Assembly: GCA_040289515.1 (NCBI GenBank)
Contig: PSLI01000001.1
Coordinates: forward strand, 32,001 to 96,000
DNA length: 64,000 bases
Reading direction: 5' to 3'
Source of the DNA: Candidatus Sysuimicrobiota bacterium
Lineage (GTDB): Bacteria > Sysuimicrobiota > Sysuimicrobiia > Sysuimicrobiales > Sysuimicrobiaceae
Part shown: positions 8,461 through 18,735 of the stretch, one piece after another
Layout of the letters: each line of letters opens with the position of its first letter
Position numbering within the stretch: the first letter of the stretch is position 1
The notes under the pieces: generated by a model
Databases searched by the model: none
The model's input: the letters and a program-made list of their open reading frames with translations, nothing else
What the model was told of the DNA's origin: nothing
Program-made: the position numbers and the translations under genes

Positions 8461-10533
8461 GTGAAAACCTACCCGGTAGAGCGCATCCGCAACGTGGCGG
8501 TGGTGGGGCACGGGGGCGTGGGCAAGACCAGCCTGGTGGAAGCGCTGCTGTTCTGCGCGGGTGCCACGGAGCGCCTGGGACGGGTGGAGGACGGCACGGC
8601 CACCACGGACTTCGACCCCGAGGAGGTGCGCCGCAAGATGACCATCAACGCGGCCACCGCGCCCCTGGAATGGAGGGACCACAAGATCAACCTCGTCGAC
8701 ACCCCGGGGTACCCCGACTTCGTGGGGGAGGCGTACGCGGCCCTGCGGGTGACGGACGTGGCCCTGTTCGTGGTGGACGCTCTGAGCGCGGTGCAGGTGC
8801 AGATGGAGAAGCTGTGGAAGGTGGCCGACCAGCGGGCCCTGCCGCGCCTGGTGGTGGTGAACCGGCTGGACCGCGAAAACGCCCAGTTCTCCCAGACAGT
8901 GGCGGCCCTGCAGGCGCGCTTCGGAACCCACCTGGTCCCCCTGCAGGTACCCCTGATCTCGGAGGGGGCCGTAAAGGGCGTGGTGGACCTGGTGTCCCTG
9001 CGGGCCTTCGCGTACCGGGATGCACGGGGCACGGAGGTGGCCCTCCCGGAGCAGGCACGGGAGGAGGCTCAACGATGGCAAGAGGCGCTGGCAGAACGGG
9101 CCGCGGAGTCCGACGATGCCCTGCTGGAGAAGTACCTGGAGTCGGGGGAGTTAGAAGAGGAGGACCTGCGGCGCGGGCTGCGGGCCGGGGTAACCTCGGG
9201 GAGGATCGTGCCGGTCCTGTGCGCGGTGGCCATACAGGCGTTGGGGGCGCGGGAAGTGCTGCAAGCGCTGGTGGACCTTGCCCCCGGCCCTGCGGAGCGT
9301 CCCCCGGAGGTGTCCCTGGAGGGGCAGTCCCTAGCGGCGGACCCTTCGGGTCCCCTTGCGGCCCTGGTGTTCAAGACCATGGCGGATCCGTACGTGGGTC
9401 GGCTGTCGTACTTCCGCGTGTACTCGGGCACCCTGCGGTCGGACTCGCAGGTGTACAACGCCACCAAGGAGCGCACGGAGCGGGTGGGCCAGCTGTATGT
9501 CCTGCGGGGTAAGCAGCAGATCCCCGTCCCGGAGGTCGTGGCGGGTGACCTGGGGGCGGTGGCGAAGCTCAGCGAGACCCAGACCAACAACACCCTGTGC
9601 ACCAAAGAGCACCCCCTCCGGCTGCGGCCCATCGAGTTCCCCAAGCCGGCCATCGCCATGACGGTGGAGCCCAAGAGCAAGCAGGACGAGGACAAACTGG
9701 GCCAGGCCCTGGCGCGGCTGGCGGAGGAGGATCCGACCCTGCACGTGGAGCACGACCCGGAATCCAAGAAGACGGTCCTGTCGGGGTTGGGGGAGTCGCA
9801 CCTGGAGATCGTGGCAGACCGCCTGCGGCGGAAGTTCCACGTAGAGGTACAGCTGGGCCAACCCCACGTGCCTTACCGGGAGACCATCCGCCGGAAGGCT
9901 ACCGCGGAGGGACGGTACGTGAAGCAGACAGGCGGCCGCGGACAGTACGGGGTGTGCACCATTGAGATTGAGCCCCTTCCCCGGGGAGCGGGCTACGAGT
10001 TCGTGGACAAGATCTTCGGGGGTGCCATCCCCCAGCAGTTCCGCCCCTCCGTGGACAAGGGTGTCCGTAAGGCCATGGAGGAAGGGGTGCTGGCGGGCTA
10101 CCCGGTGGTGGACGTGCGGGTCACCCTTCTCGACGGCAAAACGCACCCCGTGGATTCTTCCGACATCGCCTTCCAGATCGCGGGTTCTTTGGCCTTCAAG
10201 AAGGCCGCGGAGCAGGCGGGCATGGTGCTGTTGGAACCCATCATGAACGTGTCGGTGACGGTTCCCGACGATCTGGTGGGCGACGTGATGGGCGACCTCA
10301 ACGGCAAGCGGGGGCGGATCCAGGGGATGGAGTCCAACGGGGACGGCACCACCACCGTGCGGGCCCAGGTGCCGATGGCGGAGATGCTGCGGTATGCTAG
10401 CGACCTGCGGTCCATCACCGGGGGGCGCGGCTTTTTCGAGATGAGCTTCTCCCACTACGAAGAGGTACCCGCCCACATCGCGCAGAAGGTGACCGAGGAG
10501 GCTGCCCAACGGCGGCAGGCGGCCGAGGCCTAG
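8461..10533 (+). CDS. fusA: Elongation factor G paralogue (EF-G-like/EF-G2)
   Basis: G1 GHGGVGKT, DTPGYPDF, NRLD, PYRETI, KQTGGRGQYG and LLEPIM; stand-alone, not in an rpsL-rpsG-tuf context. Confidence 0.92.
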   Translation: MKTYPVERIRNVAVVGHGGVGKTSLVEALLFCAGATERLGRVEDGTATTDFDPEEVRRKMTINAATAPLEWRDHKINLVDTPGYPDFVGEAYAALRVTDVALFVVDALSAVQVQMEKLWKVADQRALPRLVVVNRLDRENAQFSQTVAALQARFGTHLVPLQVPLISEGAVKGVVDLVSLRAFAYRDARGTEVALPEQAREEAQRWQEALAERAAESDDALLEKYLESGELEEEDLRRGLRAGVTSGRIVPVLCAVAIQALGAREVLQALVDLAPGPAERPPEVSLEGQSLAADPSGPLAALVFKTMADPYVGRLSYFRVYSGTLRSDSQVYNATKERTERVGQLYVLRGKQQIPVPEVVAGDLGAVAKLSETQTNNTLCTKEHPLRLRPIEFPKPAIAMTVEPKSKQDEDKLGQALARLAEEDPTLHVEHDPESKKTVLSGLGESHLEIVADRLRRKFHVEVQLGQPHVPYRETIRRKATAEGRYVKQTGGRGQYGVCTIEIEPLPRGAGYEFVDKIFGGAIPQQFRPSVDKGVRKAMEEGVLAGYPVVDVRVTLLDGKTHPVDSSDIAFQIAGSLAFKKAAEQAGMVLLEPIMNVSVTVPDDLVGDVMGDLNGKRGRIQGMESNGDGTTTVRAQVPMAEMLRYASDLRSITGGRGFFEMSFSHYEEVPAHIAQKVTEEAAQRRQAAEA

Positions 10534-10768
10534 CTAGCCGGCCCCTACGGGCTGGGGAAGTGCGTGCGGGATGGGCACCTCCCCATCGTGGGCAGCTGGT
10601 TCGAACAGGGGGATTACGGGCAGCTGGTCCAGGAGTTGCTCCGCCGCCTGTGTGCCCGCGGTCCGCTCGAATCCCTCGATGAAGGCCACGCGAAAGCAGT
10701 CCGGCACCGCCAGGGGAGCCAGGCGGGGGGCACGAAGCGTGCCACCTGAGGCGGACGGAAACGTCGAG

Positions 10769-10798
10769 TTGCCCAGGCCGGGGGCTCCCTGGTAGAAT
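10769..10798 (+). promoter_or_regulatory. Putative promoter of rplU-rpmA
   Basis: TTGCCC-N18-TAGAAT with TG extension. Confidence 0.55.
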
Positions 10799-10826
10799 CC
10801 GGTGGGTTTCAGCCGGGGGTGGACAC

Positions 10827-11153
10827 GTGTACGCGGTGGTGGAAGCCGGCGGCAAGCAGTTTCGTGTGTGGGAGGGCCAGACCGTACGGGTGGAGCGCAT
10901 CCCGGGCGAGCCAGGCCAGGCGGTGGTGCTGGACCGGGTGCTGCTGGTTTCGGGCGAGCGGACCCTGGTGGGTAGCCCCTGGGTCTCAGGGGCCCGGGTC
11001 GTGGCCCGCATCGTGCAGCAGGGCCGGGGTCGGAAGGTGGTGGTGTTCAAGTACAAGCCCAAGGTGCGCTACCGCCGGAAGCGCGGTCACCGGCAGCCCT
11101 ACACGGAGCTGCGCATCGAGCGTATCGAAGCACCGGTTTTGGGAGGGAGCTGA
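10827..11153 (+). CDS. rplU: 50S ribosomal protein L21
   Basis: [14 protein letters not shown]...KYKPK...GHRQPYT. Confidence 0.98.
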   Translation: MYAVVEAGGKQFRVWEGQTVRVERIPGEPGQAVVLDRVLLVSGERTLVGSPWVSGARVVARIVQQGRGRKVVVFKYKPKVRYRRKRGHRQPYTELRIERIEAPVLGGS

Positions 11154-11155
11154 GC

Positions 11156-12530
<1,375 letters not shown>

Positions 12531-12532
12531 CC

Positions 12533-13159
12533 ATGGCTCGCATCGGGATCATGGGCGGCACCTTCGACCCCATCCACCTGGGGCACTTGGTCACCGCGGA
12601 GGAGGCGCGCTGGCAGCTGAGGCTGGATCGGGTGATTTTCGTGCCCAACCGCCACCCGCCCCACAAGGACTCCGGGGAGGTCACGGACCCGGAGCACCGC
12701 TTCCGCATGACCTTCCTGGCGACCGCCACGAACCCGTACTTCGACGTGTCCCGGGAGGAGATCGACCGGCCGGGGCCCAGCTACGCCGTGGACACCCTGC
12801 GAGCGTTCCGGGTTCGGTTACAGAGCGCCGAGCTATTTTATATCACGGGCGCGGATGCCATCCACCAGATCCTGCGGGGCGAGTGGCACCGTACGGAGGA
12901 GCTACTCCGGCTGTGCGAGTTCATCGCTGCCAGCCGGCCCGGCTACGTCCTGGACCACCAGGACTGGCAGAACAGCACCATCGGGCGGGAGTACCGACAC
13001 CGCATCCACCTGCTGGAGATCCCGGCCCTCGCCATCTCGTCCACGGACATCCGGCGTCGGGTGCGCCAGGGCAAGCCCGTCCGGTACCTGGTGCCGGAGG
13101 CGGTGGAGCAGTACATCGTCAAGCACGGCCTGTACCGCGAGGCGGGAGGCGCCGGGTAG
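12533..13159 (+). CDS. nadD: Nicotinate-nucleotide adenylyltransferase
   Basis: GIMGGTFDPIHLGH, PPHK, ITGADA and ISSTDIR. Confidence 0.96.
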   Translation: MARIGIMGGTFDPIHLGHLVTAEEARWQLRLDRVIFVPNRHPPHKDSGEVTDPEHRFRMTFLATATNPYFDVSREEIDRPGPSYAVDTLRAFRVRLQSAELFYITGADAIHQILRGEWHRTEELLRLCEFIAASRPGYVLDHQDWQNSTIGREYRHRIHLLEIPALAISSTDIRRRVRQGKPVRYLVPEAVEQYIVKHGLYREAGGAG

Positions 13160-13162
13160 GGC

Positions 13163-13528
13163 ATGGACGGGTACGACAAGGCCCTGGTGGCGGCCCGGGC
13201 CGCGGAGAAGAAGAAGGCCGCGGACGTGGTGGTGCTGGACCTGCGGGCGTACACCCTGGTGGCGGACTACTTCGTCATCGCCACGGGGCAAAGCGTGGTG
13301 CAGCTGCGGGCCATCGCGGAGGCTGTGGAGGAGGCCATGGACGCCGCGGGCGCGCGCCTGCTGGGGCAGGAGGGAACGCCCCAGAGCCGCTGGGTCCTCA
13401 TGGATTACGGGGACGTGGTGGTGCACCTGCTGGGGCCCGAGGAGCGCGCGTACTACCGGCTGGAGCGGCTATGGGGTCCGGAGCGGTTTCAGCCCGCCAC
13501 CCCGCGCCGGGTGCGCAGCCGTCCTTAG
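13163..13528 (+). CDS. rsfS: Ribosome silencing factor
   Basis: KKAADVVVLDL, DYFVIATG, WVLMDYGDVVVH and YRLERLW. Confidence 0.96.
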   Translation: MDGYDKALVAARAAEKKKAADVVVLDLRAYTLVADYFVIATGQSVVQLRAIAEAVEEAMDAAGARLLGQEGTPQSRWVLMDYGDVVVHLLGPEERAYYRLERLWGPERFQPATPRRVRSRP

Positions 13529-13543
13529 CGGCGGGGGAAACCG

Positions 13544-14407
13544 TTGCGGGTGGAGTTCCGGCCGGCTACCGCGGAGGACACACACCGCCTGGTGGAGCTG
13601 TACGAGCCGGTGCACGCCGGCGGCTACTCTGCGTGCTTCGACAAGTACGGACCCATCGGCCCCCAGGACTTCTGGTGGGTGCAGTCGGAGAAGGACGTGC
13701 ACCTCATGCTGGTCAATGGGCAGCCCGCGGGCTTCGTGGTGCTGGGCCGGGAGGGGCGCCGGCTCCTGGTGGAGGAGGTGGTGGGGGCCGCGGGCCTTGC
13801 GGATGCCGCCCGGGCGGCGGTGCTGCGGCGCATCTGGCAGTTCCTGGCGGACTGTCACCGCGCCGCACGCCAGGAGTCGGTGCTGCTGCGCACGCACGAG
13901 GCGAACCCCCTGGCTCTGGCCCTGGCCCGGCGCGAGGGGTTCACCGTGGTGAACCTTCTGCGCACCGTGGTGCGGCGGGAGCGGGTCCGTACTGCCGACC
14001 CCCCGCCCGGGTACGTGGTCCGGCGCGCCGAGCCCCGGGATGCCGGAGAGATCGCCCGCGTGCACCAGGAGGCGTACGGGGAGCGGATCTCCGAAGCGGA
14101 GCTGAGCCAGCGCATGGCAAAGCCGCACACCCGCACCTTCGTGTGCGAGCGGCAGGGCGTGCGGGTGGGCTACGCCCACGCCGCCTCCCGGGGAGGGATC
14201 GCAGACCTGTGGGTGGCGGTGCGGGAGAACCATCGGCGCAGGGGCGTGGGCACGGCCCTGGCCTCCGCCGCGATGGCCTTCCTGCACACACGGGAGCAGC
14301 CCGCACGACTGAACCACTGGGGCCTGGACGCGGCTGCGGGGGCCCTGGTGCGGCGTCTGGGATTCGTCACGGAACGCGTGCACCTGTACTTCGAGCGCCC
14401 TCTGTAG
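13544..14407 (+). CDS. Tandem-domain GNAT acetyltransferase
   Basis: Acetyl-CoA motif AVRENHRRRGVGTAL in the C-terminal half; degenerate N-terminal GNAT-like half; TTG start. Confidence 0.8.
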   Translation: MRVEFRPATAEDTHRLVELYEPVHAGGYSACFDKYGPIGPQDFWWVQSEKDVHLMLVNGQPAGFVVLGREGRRLLVEEVVGAAGLADAARAAVLRRIWQFLADCHRAARQESVLLRTHEANPLALALARREGFTVVNLLRTVVRRERVRTADPPPGYVVRRAEPRDAGEIARVHQEAYGERISEAELSQRMAKPHTRTFVCERQGVRVGYAHAASRGGIADLWVAVRENHRRRGVGTALASAAMAFLHTREQPARLNHWGLDAAAGALVRRLGFVTERVHLYFERPL

Positions 14408-14416
14408 CCGGGCGCG

Positions 14417-14446
14417 TTGACGGAAGTAGGGTCGCTGTGCTACAAA
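14417..14446 (+). promoter_or_regulatory. Putative promoter of the T-box leader
   Basis: TTGACG-N18-TACAAA with TG extension, 12 nt before stem I. Confidence 0.5.
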
Positions 14447-14458
14447 CGGTGCGAACTC

Positions 14459-14702
14459 GGCGAGGAAGGGGCCGGACGGGACTGGCGACCGAAAGCGAGC
14501 CGGCGGCGGGTGCGAAGCCGGCGGGGAGCCGCCCGGACACCCACCCTGGAGCCGCGGGTGCAAGGCCAAAATCGGCCGGAAGCCCGCCGGGGACGCCCGT
14601 TGCCGCGTAGAGAGTGCCGGCGGTCCGGCAACCGGACTGCCGGAAGCAGGGTGGTACCGCGGAGTGCGCCTTCGCCCTTGCGGGCGGAGGCGCTTTGCGT
14701 TG
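14459..14702 (+). promoter_or_regulatory. T-box riboswitch, probable Pro (CCC) specifier
   Basis: Stem I with AGCGAG and GGTGCGAA motifs; specifier CCC at 14540-14542; T-box AGGGTGGTACCGCG at 14648-14661; terminator GCGCCTTCGCCC-ttgc-GGGCGGAGGCGC-TTTGCGTT; lies directly before proC. Confidence 0.9.
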
Positions 14703-14714
14703 AGGTGGACAACG

Positions 14715-15530
14715 GTGGACGGCAGCACGTTTGCCACAGTGGGGTTCGTGGGCGCCGGCAACATGGCGGAGGCCCTCCTCAGCGGCATGCGCGCCGCAGG
14801 CTGGCCTGCGGACCGGATCTGGGCCACGAACCGCTCCAACCGGGCAAGGCTGGACTGGCTGCGGGCCCGGTACGGGGTCCGCACCACCCACAGCAAGGAC
14901 GAGCTGTGCGGGGCCAGCCAGGTGCTAGTGCTGGCGGTCAAACCCAAAGACGTCCCGGAGGCCACCGAGCAGCTGCGCCCCCACGTGCGGCCTGGCCATC
15001 GGCTGGTGTCGGTGGTGGCGGGACTTACCCTGCACTCCCTCGAACGGGCGTTCCCTGGCATCCCTGCGGTGCGGGCCATGCCCAACACTCCCTCCGCGGT
15101 GCGCGAGGGGGTCACTGCCTTCTCCCTGGGCCGGTGGGCCCGGGAGGAGGACGCGCGCCTGGCACGTCAGATGTTCGGTTCGGTGGGTGCGGTGGTGGAG
15201 GTGCCGGAGGAGCGCCTGGACCTCGTGACCGGGCTTTCCGGCAGCGGGCCCGCGTACGTGTTCTTCGTGGTGGAGAGCCTCATCGAGGCGGGCGTGCGGG
15301 CCGGGCTGCCGCCCCAGGTGGCGCGGGACCTGGTGGTGCAGACGGTATTCGGGGCCGCCCGCATGTTGCGGGACACAGGGGAGGATCCGGCGGAGCTGCG
15401 CCGGCGGGTCACCTCGCCCGGCGGGACCACTATAGCGGGGCTGGGGGTCCTGGAGGAGCACGGCGTCCGGGGAGCCCTGGTGGAGGCGGTGCAGCGAGCC
15501 GCGCAGAGGGCCCGCGAACTGGCTTCGTGA
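14715..15530 (+). CDS. proC: Pyrroline-5-carboxylate reductase
   Basis: GFVGAGNMAEA, LAVKP, RAMPNTP, GLSGSGPAY and VTSPGGTT. Confidence 0.97.
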   Translation: MDGSTFATVGFVGAGNMAEALLSGMRAAGWPADRIWATNRSNRARLDWLRARYGVRTTHSKDELCGASQVLVLAVKPKDVPEATEQLRPHVRPGHRLVSVVAGLTLHSLERAFPGIPAVRAMPNTPSAVREGVTAFSLGRWAREEDARLARQMFGSVGAVVEVPEERLDLVTGLSGSGPAYVFFVVESLIEAGVRAGLPPQVARDLVVQTVFGAARMLRDTGEDPAELRRRVTSPGGTTIAGLGVLEEHGVRGALVEAVQRAAQRARELAS

Positions 15531-16360
15531 GCACCCCGCGGGTGGCCTTTCAGGGTGAGCGGGGCGCCTTCAGTGAGGAGGCGGCTCTGCAGCAATTCGG
15601 GCAGGTGGAGGTCCTGCCCCGGCGCACCCTGCGCGAGGTGTTCGAGACGATAGCGCGCGAAGAGGCGGACGCGGGCATTGTGCCGGTGGAGAACTCCGAG
15701 GCTGGCAGCATCAACGAGACGTACGACCTGCTGCTGCAGTTTCATCACGCTCTGCGCATCACGGGGGAGGTGACCCTGCGGGTCTCCCACTGCCTGCTGG
15801 GGATTCCGGGCACCACCCTAGACCGCGTGCGTCGCGTGTACTCCCACCCCCAGGCCCTGGCGCAGTGCGAGGCGTTCCTGCGGCAGCTGAAAGCGGAGGT
15901 GATCCCGTACTACGACACCGCGGGCTCCGCGCAGATGCTGGCCCGGAGCCCTGCCCCCGACGCCGCGGCTATCGCCAGCCGGCGCGCCGCGGAGCTGTAT
16001 GGGCTGGTGGTGCTGGCGGAGGAGATCCAGACCAACCCCCTGAACTACACGCGGTTTTTGTCCGTGGCCAAAAGCCCCGCGCCGCGCCGGGACCCCAGCA
16101 AGACCTCCGTGGTGTTCGCGACCGCCCACCGGCCCGGGGCCCTGTACCGCGCCCTGGGCGCTTTGGCCCAGGAGGGGCTGAACCTAACCAAGTTGGAGAG
16201 CCGGCCCGCACGCCAAGCGGTTTGGGAGTACGTGTTCTACGTGGACTTTGAGGGTCACGAGGAGGAGGCGCGTGTGCAGCGCGCCCTGGAAGCGCTCCGG
16301 GCGCAGTGCCTGTGGGTCATCCGGCTGGGCTCGTACCCCGCCGCGGGATTGCCCCCATGA
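15527..16360 (+). CDS. pheA: Prephenate dehydratase with ACT domain
   Basis: VAFQGERGAFSEEA, PVENS, SHPQALAQC, NYTRF and NLTKLESRP; GTGA overlap with proC. Confidence 0.96.
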   Translation: MSTPRVAFQGERGAFSEEAALQQFGQVEVLPRRTLREVFETIAREEADAGIVPVENSEAGSINETYDLLLQFHHALRITGEVTLRVSHCLLGIPGTTLDRVRRVYSHPQALAQCEAFLRQLKAEVIPYYDTAGSAQMLARSPAPDAAAIASRRAAELYGLVVLAEEIQTNPLNYTRFLSVAKSPAPRRDPSKTSVVFATAHRPGALYRALGALAQEGLNLTKLESRPARQAVWEYVFYVDFEGHEEEARVQRALEALRAQCLWVIRLGSYPAAGLPP

Positions 16361-17421
16361 GGCCGTGGCCCGGAGTTCTGCAGGCGTTCGCCGACCGCCT
16401 GCCCGTGACGGACCGCACCCCGATGCTGTCCCTGCAGGAGGGCAACACCCCCCTGGTGCCCTCCGTGTCCATCGGACGCGAACTAGCGGAAGCGGAGCTG
16501 TACTTCAAATGGGAGGGCGCCAACCCCACGGGCTCCTTCAAGGACCGGGGCATGGTGGTGGCCGTGGCCAAAGCCGTGGAATCCGGCGCTTGCGCGGTGG
16601 TGTGCGCGTCCACAGGAAACACCGCGGCGTCTGCGGCGGCGTACGCGGCCCGGGCGGGGCTCCGCTGCCTGGTGGTACTGCCAGAGGGATCCGTGGCCAC
16701 GGGCAAGCTGGCTCAGGCCCGGGTGCACGGGGCGGTGGTGGCCAGCGTCCCGTGCTCCTTCGACCGGGCCCTGCAGCTGGTACGGGAGGCCAGCGAGCGG
16801 TTGTCGGTCGCCCTGGTCAACTCCGTAAACCCCTACCGCCTGGAGGGACAGAAAACCGCGGCCTTCGAGATCCTGGAGCAGCTGGGACGCCCGCCCAACG
16901 CGGTGGTGCTCCCGGTGGGCAATGCGGGCAACATCACCGCCTACTGGCGCGGGTTCTGCGAGGGGTTGGAGCCCGCTTCCCGGCCGCGCCTGTGGGGGGT
17001 ACAGGCCGCGGGCGCGGCGCCTCTGGTTTTGGGCAGCCCGGTGGACCACCCGCAAACCGTGGCCAGTGCCATCCGGATCGGCCGGCCCGCCTCGTGGGAG
17101 GGCGCGTTGCAGGCCGCTGCGGAGTCCGGGGGCCGAATCCTGGCGGTTACCGACGAGGAGATCCTGGAGGCGCAGGCGCGGCTGGCTCGGGAGGAAGGCT
17201 TGTTCGTGGAACCTGCCTCCGCGGCCTCGGTGGCAGGGTTGCTGCGTCTGGTTCGGGAGGGGGTGCAGATCCGCGGCACCGTGGTGGCCGTGCTAACCGG
17301 CCATGGGCTCAAGGACCCCACCAGCGCCGACCGCGCGCCGCCCCCGGTGCAGGTGGAGCCCACCGTGGAGGCCCTGGACGACCTGCTGGCAAGGCGTTCT
17401 CGGTCACCCGCGGGCCGGTAA
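16357..17421 (+). CDS. thrC: Threonine synthase
   Basis: EGNTPL, NPTGSFKDRG (PLP lysine), ASTGNT, NSVNPYR and PVGNAGN. Confidence 0.96.
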   Translation: MRPWPGVLQAFADRLPVTDRTPMLSLQEGNTPLVPSVSIGRELAEAELYFKWEGANPTGSFKDRGMVVAVAKAVESGACAVVCASTGNTAASAAAYAARAGLRCLVVLPEGSVATGKLAQARVHGAVVASVPCSFDRALQLVREASERLSVALVNSVNPYRLEGQKTAAFEILEQLGRPPNAVVLPVGNAGNITAYWRGFCEGLEPASRPRLWGVQAAGAAPLVLGSPVDHPQTVASAIRIGRPASWEGALQAAAESGGRILAVTDEEILEAQARLAREEGLFVEPASAASVAGLLRLVREGVQIRGTVVAVLTGHGLKDPTSADRAPPPVQVEPTVEALDDLLARRSRSPAGR

Positions 17422-17432
17422 AATCAAGCGAG

Positions 17433-18707
17433 ATGCTGCGCGTGGGCCTATTAGGGCTGGGAACGGTCGGGAGCGCCGTGGTGCGCGGGCTGCAGCACAC
17501 CTCCGCGGAGCTGCAGCACCGGGCTGGGATGCCCATTGTTCTCCGCCGGGTGGCTGTGGCGCACCTTGACAAGCCCCGCCCCGTGACACTGGACAGGGAC
17601 CTCCTCACGGACGACGCCTGGGCGGTGGTGCGCGACCCTGAGGTGGACGTGGTGGTGGAGCTTATCGGGGGCCTGGAGCCGGCCCGCAGCTACGTGCACG
17701 AGGCGCTCCGCCTGGGCAAGTCCGTGGTCACCGCCAACAAGCAGCTTATGGCCGGCCGCGGCCGGGAGCTGCTGCAGGCCGCGGAGGCCTCCGAAGTGGA
17801 CCTGCTCTTCGAGGCCAGCGTGGCAGGGGGGATCCCCATCATCCGCACCCTCAAGGAGTCCCTGGCGGGCGACCGGGTGCGGGAGATCGCCGCCATCCTA
17901 AACGGCACGACCAACTACATCCTCACCCGCATGGAGGAGGAAGGGCTGTCGTTTGCGGAAGCCCTGAGCGAGGCGCAGCGGTTGGGCTTCGCGGAGAGCG
18001 ACCCGACGGAGGACATCGAGGGGCACGACGCCGCGGCGAAGCTGGCCATCCTGGCCAGCGTGGCCTTCAACAGCCGGGTGGTGCGCAGCGATGTGTCCTG
18101 CGAGGGGATCGCGCAGCTCACCCAGCGGGAGGTCACCTACGCCCGGCAGCTGGGGTTCACCCTGAAGCTGGTGGCCCACGCGCGGGACCTGGGGGAGGAG
18201 GTGGAGGTGGCGGTGTATCCGGCCCTGCTGCCCAGCTCCCACCCCCTGGCCTCCGTGCGGCGGGAGTTCAACGCGGTGTGGATGCGGGCGGAGTCCTCAG
18301 GGGAGCTGCTCCTATACGGCCGCGGGGCCGGGGGACAGCCCACCGCCTCCGCAGTGCTGTCGGACCTGGTGGCGGTGGCCCGGAACCGACGCCGCAATGC
18401 TCACGGCCGGGTGAGCTGCACCTGTTACCACCGCAAGGCGATCCGCAGAGCGGGCGACCGGGAGGTGAGCGCGTGCCTCGTGCTGCGGGTGGTGGACCGG
18501 CCCGGGGTGTTTGCGCAGGTGGCCTCGGCCTTCGCGGACGAACAGGTGAGCCTGCACTCCATCGTGCAGCAGAGCCGGGGACAGGAGGCGGACGTCCTCC
18601 TGCGTACCCACCCCGCTCCGGAGCGCGCCCTGCGGGCGGTTTTGCACAGGCTGTCGGGCATGCCCGTGGTGCGGGGCTGCAGCCCCCTGCTGCGGGTGAT
18701 TGAATGA
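17433..18707 (+). CDS. hom: Homoserine dehydrogenase with ACT domain
   Basis: GLLGLGTVG, VTANK, FEASVAGGIP, NGTTNYIL and GAGGQPTASAV. Confidence 0.96.
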   Translation: MLRVGLLGLGTVGSAVVRGLQHTSAELQHRAGMPIVLRRVAVAHLDKPRPVTLDRDLLTDDAWAVVRDPEVDVVVELIGGLEPARSYVHEALRLGKSVVTANKQLMAGRGRELLQAAEASEVDLLFEASVAGGIPIIRTLKESLAGDRVREIAAILNGTTNYILTRMEEEGLSFAEALSEAQRLGFAESDPTEDIEGHDAAAKLAILASVAFNSRVVRSDVSCEGIAQLTQREVTYARQLGFTLKLVAHARDLGEEVEVAVYPALLPSSHPLASVRREFNAVWMRAESSGELLLYGRGAGGQPTASAVLSDLVAVARNRRRNAHGRVSCTCYHRKAIRRAGDREVSACLVLRVVDRPGVFAQVASAFADEQVSLHSIVQQSRGQEADVLLRTHPAPERALRAVLHRLSGMPVVRGCSPLLRVIE

Positions 18708-18735
18708 CCCCAAGAAAGCGAGGACACGAGCGGCC

